Source: Utricularia gibba
Lineage: Eukaryota > Plantae > Magnoliophyta
Assembly: GCA_002189035.1 (NCBI GenBank)
Contig: NEEC01000051.1
Location: 1 to 31,822, forward strand
Direction of reading: 5' to 3'
Length of the DNA stretch: 31,822 nucleotides
In this document: positions 1-11,051 of the stretch, one piece after another
Position numbering within the stretch: the first letter of the stretch is position 1
Layout: each line of letters begins with the position of its first letter
Position numbers and translations under genes: made by a program
Notes under the pieces: model-generated
The model's input: only the letters and a program-made list of their open reading frames with translations
Databases searched by the model: none
What the model was told of the DNA's origin: nothing

Positions 1-3000
1 GAAAAGGGCTTCCCAACAGTGTGCTATGAAGAGCAAGGATCTGCATGTTATGCAAGAGGTGCTTCGCGGACCAGGATGTGCGACGTAGTCATTTCATTGC
101 GCATCATCATTCGGGGTGCATCCTAAAAATCACACGTGCACGGGATTCATTAAAAATAAATATTTACGCATATCCAGAGTGTATAACAGTGTTGGGATAA
201 GTGATGCCACGAAATTCATGATGTAGCATGTGACTTTTTTCCAACTTGATCGCATAGTAGATGAATTCTGACACCATATGTTGATGCATTTAGTTGCTAT
301 GATACTTCTGATTCTTGATGCACCATTCCCGTATACCATGTCTCTAGTGGCTATTTGATTCTTTTGCCTTGTATGTTGTTCGCATCAATTTCGAGAACAT
401 GAAGCACATTATTAAATGCAGTCACCACGGAATGCCACGTGAGACACCTTTCGTTGTGGCCCTTTTTAATATGTCCACAGTTATCGGACAAACGTAACTC
501 CAAATTATAATACTTGGAGCTCGAAAGGGGCTTCCCAACAGTGTGCTATGAAGAGCAAGGATCTGCATGTTATGCAAGAGGTGTTTCGCGACCAGGATGT
601 GCGACGTAGTCATTTCATTGCGCATCACCATTCGGGATGCAGCCGAAAAATCACACGTGCACCGGATTTTAAAAATAAATATTTACGCATATCCTGAGTA
701 TACAACAGTGTTGGGATAAGTGATGCCACGAAATTCATGATGTAACATGTGACTTTTTTCCATCTTGATCGCATATCCGATGAAGTTTGACACCATATGT
801 TTTGGCTGTTGATTGATTCAATTTTGCTATGATACTTCTGATTCTTGATGCACCATTCCCATACACCATGTCTCTAGTGGCTATTTGATTCTTTTGCCGT
901 GTATCCCATTTGCATCAATGTCGAGAACGAGAAGCACATTCTTAGACGCAGCCACCAAGAAAGGACACCTAAGACACTTTTCGTTGTGGCTTGTTTTTAA
1001 TATGTCCACAGTTATCGGACAAACGTAACTCCAAATTATAATACTTGGAGCTCGAAAAGGGCTTCCCAACAGTGTGCTATGAAGAGCAAGGATCTGCATG
1101 TTATGCAAGAGGTGCTTCGCGGACCAGGATGTGCGACGTAGTCATTTCATTGCGCATCATCATTCGGGGTGCATCCTAAAAATCACACGTGCACGGGATT
1201 CATTAAAAATAAATATTTACGCATATCCAGAGTGTATAACAGTGTTGGGATAAGTGATGCCACGAAATTCATGATGTAGCATGTGACTTTTTTCCAACTT
1301 GATCGCATAGTAGATGAATTCTGACACCATATGTTGATGCATTTAGTTGCTATGATACTTCTGATTCTTGATGCACCATTCCCGTATACCATGTCTCTAG
1401 TGGCTATTTGATTCTTTTGCCTTGTATGTTGTTCGCATCAATTTCGAGAACATGAAGCACATTATTAAATGCAGTCACCACGGAATGCCACGTGAGACAC
1501 CTTTCGTTGTGGCCCTTTTTTAATATGTCCACAGTTATCGGACAAACGTAACTCCAAATTATAATACTTGGAGCTCGAAAAGGGCTTCCCAACAGTGTGC
1601 TATGAAGAGCAAGGATCTGCATGTTATGCAAGAGGTGTTTCGCGGACCAGGATGTGCGACGTAGTCATTTCATTGCGCATCACCATTCGGGATGCAGCCG
1701 AAAAATCACACGTGCACCGGATTTGTTAAAAATAAATATTTACGCATATCCTGAGTATACAACAGTGTTGGGATAAGTGATGCCACGAAATTCATGATGT
1801 AACATGTGACTTTTTTCCATCTTGATCGCATATCCGATGAAGTTTGACACCATATGTTTTGGCTGTTGATTGATTCAATTAGTTGCTATGATACTTCTGA
1901 TTCTTGATGCACCATTCCCATACACCATGTCTCTAGTGGCTATTTGATTCTTTTGCCGTGTATCCCATTTGCATCAATGTCGAGAACGAGAAGCACATTC
2001 TTAGACGCAGCCACCAAGAAAGGACACCTAAGACACTTTTCGTTGTGGCTTGTTTTTAATATGTCCACAGTTATCGGACAAACGTAACTCCAAATTATAA
2101 TACTTGGAGCTCGAAAAGGGCTTCCCAACAGTGTGCTATGAAGAGCAAGGATCTGCATGTTATGCAAGAGGTGCTTCGCGGACCAGGATGTGCGACGTAG
2201 TCATTTCATTGCGCATCATCATTCGGGGTGCATCCTAAAAATCACACGTGCACGGGATTCATTAAAAATAAATATTTACGCATATCCAGAGTGTATAACA
2301 GTGTTGGGATAAGTGATGCCACGAAATTCATGATGTAGCATGTGACTTTTTCCAACTTGATCGCATAGTAGATGAATTCTGACACCATATGTTGATGCAT
2401 TTAGTTGCTATGATACTTCTGATTCTTGATGCACATTCCCGTATACCATGTCTCTAGTGGCTATTTGATTCTTTTGCCTTGTATGTTGTTCGCATCAATT
2501 TCGAGAACATGAAGCACATTATTAAATGCAGTCACCACGGAATGCCACGTGAGACACCTTTCGTTGTGGCCTTTTTTAATATGTCCACAGTTATCGGACA
2601 AACGTAACTCCAAATTATAATACTTGGAGCTCGAAAAGGGCTTCCCAACAGTGTGCTATGAAGAGCAAGGATCTGCATGTTATGCAAGAGGTGTTTCGCG
2701 ACCAGGATGTGCGACGTAGTCATTTCATTGCGCATCACCATTCGGGATGCAGCCGAAAAATCACACGTGCACCGGATTTGTTAAAAATAAATATTTACGC
2801 ATATCCTGAGTATACAACAGTGTTGGGATAAGTGATGCCACGAAATTCATGATGTAACATGTGACTTTTTTCCATCTTGATCGCATATCCGATGAAGTTT
2901 GACACCATATGTTTTGGCTGTTGATTGATTCAATTAGTTGCTATGATACTTCTGATTCTTGATGCACCATTCCCATACACCATGTCTCTAGTGGCTATTT

Positions 3001-6000
3001 GATTCTTTTGCCGTGTATCCCATTTGCATCAATGTCGAGAACGAGAAGCACATTCTTAGACGCAGCCACCAAGAAAGGACACCTAAGACACTTTTCGTTG
3101 TGGCTTGTTTTTAATATGTCCACAGTTATCGGACAAACGTAACTCCAAATTATAATACTTGGAGCTCGAAAAGGGCTTCCCAACAGTGTGCTATGAAGAG
3201 CAAGGATCTGCATGTTATGCAAGAGGTGCTTCGCGGACCAGGATGTGCGACGTAGTCATTTCATTGCGCATCATCATTCGGGGTGCATCCTAAAAATCAC
3301 ACGTGCACGGGATTCATTAAAAATAAATATTTACGCATATCCAGAGTGTATAACAGTGTTGGGATAAGTGATGCCACGAAATTCATGATGTAGCATGTGA
3401 CTTTTTTCCAACTTGATCGCATAGTAGATGAATTCTGACACCATATGTTGATGCATTTAGTTGCTATGATACTTCTGATTCTTGATGCACCATTCCCGTA
3501 TACCATGTCTCTAGTGGCTATTTGATTCTTTTGCCTTGTATGTTGTTCGCATCAATTTCGAGAACATGAAGCACATTATTAAATGCAGTCACCACGGAAT
3601 GCCACGTGAGACACCTTTCGTTGTGGCCCTTTTTTAATATGTCCACAGTTATCGGACAAACGTAACTCCAAATTATAATACTTGGAGCTCGAAAAGGGCT
3701 TCCCAACAGTGTGCTATGAAGAGCAAGGATCTGCATGTTATGCAAGAGGTGTTTTCGCGGACCAGGATGTGCGACGTAGTCATTTCATTGCGCATCACCA
3801 TTCGGGATGCAGCCGAAAAATCACACGTGCACCGGATTTGTTAAAAATAAATATTTACGCATATCCTGAGTATACAACAGTGTTGGGATAAGTGATGCCA
3901 CGAAATTCATGATGTAACATGTGACTTTTTTCCATCTTGATCGCATATCCGATGAAGTTTGACACCATATGTTTTGGCTGTTGATTGATTCAATTAGTTG
4001 CTATGATACTTCTGATTCTTGATGCACCATTCCCATACACCATGTCTCTAGTGGCTATTTGATTCTTTTGCCGTGTATCCCATTTGCATCAATGTCGAGA
4101 ACGAGAAGCACATTCTTAGACGCAGCCACCAAGAAAGGACACCTAAGACACTTTTCGTTGTGGCTTGTTTTAAATATGTCCACAGTTATCGGACAAACGT
4201 AACTCCAAATTATAATACTTGGAGCTCGAAAAGGGCTTCCCAACAGTGTGCTATGAAGAGCAAGGATCTGCATGTTATGCAAGAGGTGCTTCGCGGACCA
4301 GGATGTGCGACGTAGTCATTTCATTGCGCATCATCATTCGGGGTGCATCCTAAAAATCACACGTGCACGGGATTCATTAAAAATAAATATTTACGCATAT
4401 CCAGAGTGTATAACAGTGTTGGGATAAGTGATGCCACGAAATTCATGATGTAGCATGTGACTTTTTTCCAACTTGATCGCATAGTAGATGAATTCTGACA
4501 CCATATGTTGATGCATTTAGTTGCTATGATACTTCTGATTCTTGATGCACCATTCCCGTATACCATGTCTCTAGTGGCTATTTGATTCTTTTGCCTTGTA
4601 TGTTGTTCGCATCAATTTCGAGAACATGAAGCACATTATTAAATGCAGTCACCACGGAATGCCACGTGAGACACCTTTCGTTGTGGCCCTTTTTTAATAT
4701 GTCCACAGTTATCGGACAAAACGTAACTCCAAATTATAATACTTGGAGCTCGAAAAGGGCTTCCCAACAGTGTGCTATGAAGAGCAAGGATCTGCATGTT
4801 ATGCAAGAGGTGTTTCGCGGACCAGGATGTGCGACGTAGTCATTTCATTGCGCATCACCATTCGGGATGCAGCCGAAAAATCACACGTGCACCGGATTTG
4901 TTAAAAATAAATATTTACGCATATCCTGAGTATACAACAGTGTTGGGATAAGTGATGCCACGAAATTCATGATGTAACATGTGACTTTTTTCCATCTTGA
5001 TCGCATATCCGATGAAGTTTGACACCATATGTTTTGGCTGTTGATTGATTCAATTAGTTGCTATGATACTTCTGATTCTTGATGCACCATTCCCATACAC
5101 CATGTCTCTAGTGGCTATTTGATTCTTTTGCCGTGTATCCCATTTGCATCAATGTCGAGAACGAGAAGCACATTCTTAGACGCAGCCACCAAGAAAGGAC
5201 ACCTAAGACACTTTTCGTTGTGGCTTGTTTTTAATATGTCCACAGTTATCGGACAAACGTAACTCCAAATTATAATACTTGGAGCTCGAAAAGGGCTTCC
5301 CAACAGTGTGCTATGAAGAGCAAGGATCTGCATGTTATGCAAGAGGTGCTTCGCGGACCAGGATGTGCGACGTAGTCATTTCATTGCGCATCATCATTCG
5401 GGGTGCATCCTAAAAATCACACGTGCACGGGATTCATTAAAAATAAATATTTACGCATATCCAGAGTGTATAACAGTGTTGGGATAAGTGATGCCACGAA
5501 ATTCATGATGTAGCATGTGACTTTTTTCCAACTTGATCGCATAGTAGATGAATTCTGACACCATATGTTGATGCATTTAGTTGCTATGATACTTCTGATT
5601 CTTGATGCACCATTCCCGTATACCATGTCTCTAGTGGCTATTTGATTCTTTTGCCTTGTATGTTGTTCGCATCAATTTCGAGAACATGAAGCACATTATT
5701 AAATGCAGTCACCACGGAATGCCACGTGAGACACCTTTCGTTGTGGCCCTTTTTTAATATGTCCACAGTTATCGGACAAACGTAACTCCAAATTATAATA
5801 CTTGGAGCTCGAAAAGGGCTTCCCAACAGTGTGCTATGAAGAGCAAGGATCTGCATGTTATGCAAGAGGTGTTTCGCGACCAGGATGTGCGACGTAGTCA
5901 TTTCATTGCGCATCACCATTCGGGATGCAGCCGAAAAATCACACGTGCACGGATTTGTTAAAAATAAATATTTACGCATATCCTGAGTATAAACAGTGTT

Positions 6001-9000
6001 GGGATAAGTGATGCCACGAAATTCATGATGTAACATGTGACTTTTTTCCATCTTGATCGCATATCCGATGAAGTTTGACACCATATGTTTTGGCTGTTGA
6101 TTGATTCAATTAGTTGCTATGATACTTCTGATTCTTGATGCACCATTCCCATACACCATGTCTCTAGTGGCTATTTGATTCTTTTGCCGTGTATCCCATT
6201 TGCATCAATGTCGAGAACGAGAAGCACATTCTTAGACGCAGCCACCAAGAAAGGACACCTAAGACACTTTTCGTTGTGGCTTGTTTTTAATATGTCCACA
6301 GTTATCGGACAAACGTAACTCCAAATTATAATACTTGGAGCTCGAAAAGGGCTTCCCAACAGTGTGCTATGAAGAGCAAGGATCTGCATGTTATGCAAGA
6401 GGTGCTTCGCGGACCAGGATGTGCGACGTAGTCATTTCATTGCGCATCATCATTCGGGGTGCATCCTAAAAATCACACGTGCACGGGATTCATTAAAAAT
6501 AAATATTTACGCATATCCAGAGTGTATAACAGTGTTGGGATAAGTGATGCCACGAAATTCATGATGTAGCATGTGACTTTTTTCCAACTTGATCGCATAG
6601 TAGATGAATTCTGACACCATATGTTGATGCATTTAGTTGCTATGATACTTCTGATTCTTGATGCACCATTCCCGTATACCATGTCTCTAGTGGCTATTTG
6701 ATTCTTTTGCCTTGTATGTTGTTCGCATCAATTTCGAGAACATGAAGCACATTATTAAATGCAGTCACCACGGAATGCCACGTGAGACACCTTTCGTTGT
6801 GGCCCTTTTTTAATATGTCCACAGTTATCGGACAAACGTAACTCCAAATTATAATACTTGGAGCTCGAAAAGGGCTTCCCAACAGTGTGCTATGAAGAGC
6901 AAGGATCTGCATGTTATGCAAGAGGTGTTCGCGGACCAGGATGTGCGACGTAGTCATTTCATTGCGCATCACCATTCGGGATGCAGCCGAAAAATCACAC
7001 GTGCACCGGATTTGTTAAAAATAAATATTTACGCATATCCTGAGTATACAACAGTGTTGGGATAAGTGATGCCACGAAATTCATGATGTAACATGTGACT
7101 TTTTTCCATCTTGATCGCATATCCGATGAAGTTTGACACCATATGTTTTGGCTGTTGATTGATTCAATTAGTTGCTATGATACTTCTGATTCTTGATGCA
7201 CCATTCCCATACACCATGTCTCTAGTGGCTATTTGATTCTTTTGCCGTGTATCCCATTTGCATCAATGTCGAGAACGAGAAGCACATTCTTAGACGCAGC
7301 CACCAAGAAAGGACACCTAAGACACTTTTCGTTGTGGCTTGTTTTTAATATGTCCACAGTTATCGGACAAACGTAACTCCAAATTATAATACTTGGAGCT
7401 CGAAAAGGGCTTCCCAACAGTGTGCTATGAAGAGCAAGGATCTGCATGTTATGCAAGAGGTGCTTCGCGGACCAGGATGTGCGACGTAGTCATTTCATTG
7501 CGCATCATCATTCGGGGTGCATCCTAAAAATCACACGTGCACGGGATTCATTAAAAATAAATATTTACGCATATCCAGAGTGTATAACAGTGTTGGGATA
7601 AGTGATGCCACGAAATTCATGATGTAGCATGTGACTTTTTTCCAACTTGATCGCATAGTAGATGAATTCTGACACCATATGTTGATGCATTTAGTTGCTA
7701 TGATACTTCTGATTCTTGATGCACCATTCCCGTATACCATGTCTCTAGTGGCTATTTGATTCTTTTGCCTTGTATGTTGTTCGCATCAATTTCGAGAACA
7801 TGAAGCACATTATTAAATGCAGTCACCACGGAATGCCACGTGAGACACCTTTCGTTGTGGCCCTTTTTTAATATGTCCACAGTTATCGGACAAACGTAAC
7901 TCCAAATTATAATACTTGGAGCTCGAAAAGGGCTTCCCAACAGTGTGCTATGAAGAGCAAGGATCTGCATGTTATGCAAGAGGTGTTTCGCGGACCAGGA
8001 TGTGCGACGTAGTCATTTCATTGCGCATCACATTCGGGATGCAGCCGAAAAATCACACGTGCACCGGATTTGTTAAAAATAAATATTTACGCATATCCTG
8101 AGTATACAACAGTGTTGGGATAAGTGATGCCACGAAATTCATGATGTAACATGTGACTTTTTTCCATCTTGATCGCATATCCGATGAAGTTTGACACCAT
8201 ATGTTTTGGCTGTTGATTGATTCAATTAGTTGCTATGATACTTCTGATTCTTGATGCACCATTCCCATACACCATGTCTCTAGTGGCTATTTGATTCTTT
8301 TGCCGTGTATCCCATTTGCATCAATGTCGAGAACGAGAAGCACATTCTTAGACGCAGCCACCAAGAAAGGACACCTAAGACACTTTTCGTTGTGGCTTGT
8401 TTTTAATATGTCCACAGTTATCGGACAAACGTAACTCCAAATTATAATACTTGGAGCTCGAAAAGGGCTTCCCAACAGTGTGCTATGAAGAGCAAGGATC
8501 TGCATGTTATGCAAGAGGTGCTTCGCGGACCAGGATGTGCGACGTAGTCATTTCATTGCGCATCATCATTCGGGGTGCATCCTAAAAATCACACGTGCAC
8601 GGGATTCATTAAAAATAAATATTTACGCATATCCAGAGTGTATAACAGTGTTGGGATAAGTGATGCCACGAAATTCATGATGTAGCATGTGACTTTTTTC
8701 CAACTTGATCGCATAGTAGATGAATTCTGACACCATATGTTGATGCATTTAGTTGCTATGATACTTCTGATTCTTGATGCACCATTCCCGTATACCATGT
8801 CTCTAGTGGCTATTTGATTCTTTTGCCTTGTATGTTGTTCGCATCAATTTCGAGAACATGAAGCACATTATTAAATGCAGTCACCACGGAATGCCACGTG
8901 AGACACCTTTCGTTGTGGCCCTTTTTTAATATGTCCACAGTTATCGGACAAACGTAACTCCAAATTATAATACTTGGAGCTCGAAAAGGGCTTCCCAACA

Positions 9001-10040
9001 GTGTGCTATGAAGAGCAAGGATCTGCATGTTATGCAAGAGGTGTTTCGCGGACCAGGATGTGCGACGTAGTCATTTCATTGCGCATCACCATTCGGGATG
9101 CAGCCGAAAAATCACACGTGCACCGGATTTGTTAAAAATAAATATTTACGCATATCCTGAGTATACAACAGTGTTGGGATAAGTGATGCCACGAAATTCA
9201 TGATGTAACATGTGACTTTTTTCCATCTTGATCGCATATCCGATGAAGTTTGACACCATATGTTTTGGCTGTTGATTGATTCAATTAGTTGCTATGATAC
9301 TTCTGATTCTTGATGCACCATTCCCATACACCATGTCTCTAGTGGCTATTTGATTCTTTTGCCGTGTATCCCATTTGCATCAATGTCGAGAACGAGAAGC
9401 ACATTCTTAGACGCAGCCACCAAGAAAGGACACCTAAGACACTTTCGTTGTGGCTTGTTTTTAATATGTCCACAGTTATCGGACAAACGTAACTCCAAAT
9501 TATAATACTTGGAGCTCGAAAAGGGCTTCCCAACAGTGTGCTATGAAGAGCAAGGATCTGCATGTTATGCAAGAGGTGCTTCGCGGACCAGGATGTGCGA
9601 CGTAGTCATTTCATTGCGCATCATCATTCGGGGTGCATCCTAAAAATCACACGTGCACGGGATTCATTAAAAATAAATATTTACGCATATCCAGAGTGTA
9701 TAACAGTGTTGGGATAAGTGATGCCACGAAATTCATGATGTAGCATGTGACTTTTTTCCAACTTGATCGCATAGTAGATGAATTCTGACACCATATGTTG
9801 ATGCATTTAGTTGCTATGATACTTCTGATTCTTGATGCACCATTCCCGTATACCATGTCTCTAGTGGCTATTTGATTCTTTTGCCTTGTATGTTGTTCGC
9901 ATCAATTTCGAGAACATGAAGCACATTATTAAATGCAGTCACCACGGAATGCCACGTGAGACACCTTTCGTTGTGGCCCTTTTTTAATATGTCCACAGTT
10001 ATCGGACAAACGTAACTCCAAATTATAATACTTGGAGCTC
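1..10040. repeat. First regular block: (A-B)x9 plus A
   Basis: Strict A/B alternation of diagnostic alleles (GGGGTGCATCCT vs GGGATGCAGCCG; TTGATGCAT vs TTTTGGCTGTTGATTGATTCAA) with only scattered 1-3 nt indels. Confidence 0.95.
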
Positions 10041-11051
10041 GAAAAGGGCTTCCCAACAGTGTGCTATGAAGAGCAAGGATCTGCATGTTATGCAAGAGGT
10101 GCTTCGCGACCAGGATGTGCGACGTAGTCATTTCATTGCGCATCATCATTCGGGGTGCATCCTAAAAATCACACGTGCACGGGATTCATTAAAAATAAAT
10201 ATTTACGCATATCCAGAGTGTATAACAGTGTTGGGATAAGTGATGCCACGAAATTCATGATGTAGCATGTGACTTTTTTCCAACTTGATCGCATATAGAT
10301 GAATTTGACACCATATGTTGATGCATTTAGTTGCTATGATACTTCTGATTCTTGATGCACCATTCCCGTATACCATGTCTCTAGTGGCTATTTGATTCTT
10401 TTGCCTTGTATATCAATTTCGAGAACATGAAGCACATTATTAAATGCAGCACCATAGACACTTTCGTTGTGGCCCTTTTTAATATGTCCACAGTTATCGG
10501 ACAAACGTAACTCCAAATTATAATACTTGGAGCTCGAAAAGGGCTTCCCAACAGTGTGCTATGAAGAGCAAGGATCTGCATGTTATGCAAGAGGTGCTTC
10601 GCGGACCAGGATGTGCGACGTAGTCATTTCATTGCGCATCACCATTCGGGATGCATCACACGTGCACGGATTCATTAAAAATAAATATTTACGCATATCC
10701 ACAGTGTTGGGATAAGTGATGCCACGAAATTCATGATGTAACATGTGACTTTTTTCCATCTTGATCGCATATCCGATGAAGTTTGACACCATATGTTTTG
10801 GCTGTTGATTGATTCAATTAGTTGCTATGATACTTCTGATTCTTGATGCACCATTCCCATACACCATGTCTCTAGTGGCTATTTGATTCTTTTGCCGTGT
10901 ATCCCATTTGCATCAATGTCGAGAACGAGAAGCACATTCTTAGACGCAGCCACCAAGAAAGGACACCTAAGACACTTTTCGTTGTGGCTTGTTTTTAATA
11001 TGTCCACAGTTATCGGACAAACGTAACTCCAAATTATAATACTTGGAGCTC
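10041..11051. repeat. Phase break: extra degenerate A-like monomer (10041-10535, 495 bp) followed by a deleted B-like monomer (10536-11051, 516 bp)
   Basis: A monomer 9518-10040 is followed by another monomer with A alleles. ORF spacing jumps from ~1,059 to ~1,534. Multiple short deletions fall in the A/B-divergent segments. Confidence 0.9.

Noticed and set aside
85-115. Hammerhead-like text on the - strand (ATGATGA-TGCGCA-AT-GAAA), and CCGATGA on the + strand of B
   Set aside because: Neither matches the CUGANGA core, neither is conserved between A and B, and stems I-III cannot be built.
4-120. Kinetoplast minicircle idea (1-kb unit, two conserved regions, AGGGCTTC resembling CSB-1 AGGGCGTTC)
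   Set aside because: The universal CSB-3 GGGGTTGGTGTA is absent, and the regions between the cores are homologous to each other rather than unrelated.
55-125. HDV-like ribozyme resemblance on the - strand (…CATCCT-GG…GCGAA-GCACC)
   Set aside because: No P3/L3 or consistent P2 partner, and the putative P1 is disrupted in B.
123-167. 45-nt GT-AG intron-like segment on the - strand (GTAAAT…TTTTTAG)
   Set aside because: The AG is CG in monomer B, and splicing it out gives no longer ORF under the standard code.
130-339. Recurrent 69-aa - strand ORF (MVYGNGASR…) and its ~30 copies
   Set aside because: Short, no recognisable domain, broken in monomer B by a stop and the 13-nt indel. Recurrence only reflects the DNA repeat.
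471-479. DnaA-box-like ATGTCCACA and E-box CACGTG palindromes (133-138, 436-441)
   Set aside because: The DnaA-like site has two mismatches to TTWTNCACA and is single per monomer. Hexamer palindromes are expected by chance, and the second E-box is lost in B.
485-511. Perfect TATAAT on both strands (palindrome ATTATAAT 504-511) as a sigma70 promoter
   Set aside because: The best -35 match is CGGACA at a 15-nt spacing, there is no downstream gene, and nothing shows the host is bacterial.
1-1053. Obelisk-like element (about 1 kb, self-paired)
   Set aside because: No Oblin-sized ORF (~200 aa), and the unit is a direct duplication of two halves.
881-1631. Recurrent 75-aa - strand ORFs (MHNMQILAL…GKRIK) in both monomers
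   Set aside because: Open in A and B but with many radical substitutions in the variable half, no recognisable homology or RBS. Kept only as part of the coding-relic hypothesis.
5638-6084. Longer 141-148 aa ORFs (also 12462-12887) and sporadic + strand ORFs
   Set aside because: Created by copy-specific 1-nt indels that fuse frames, at sites that look like consensus errors.
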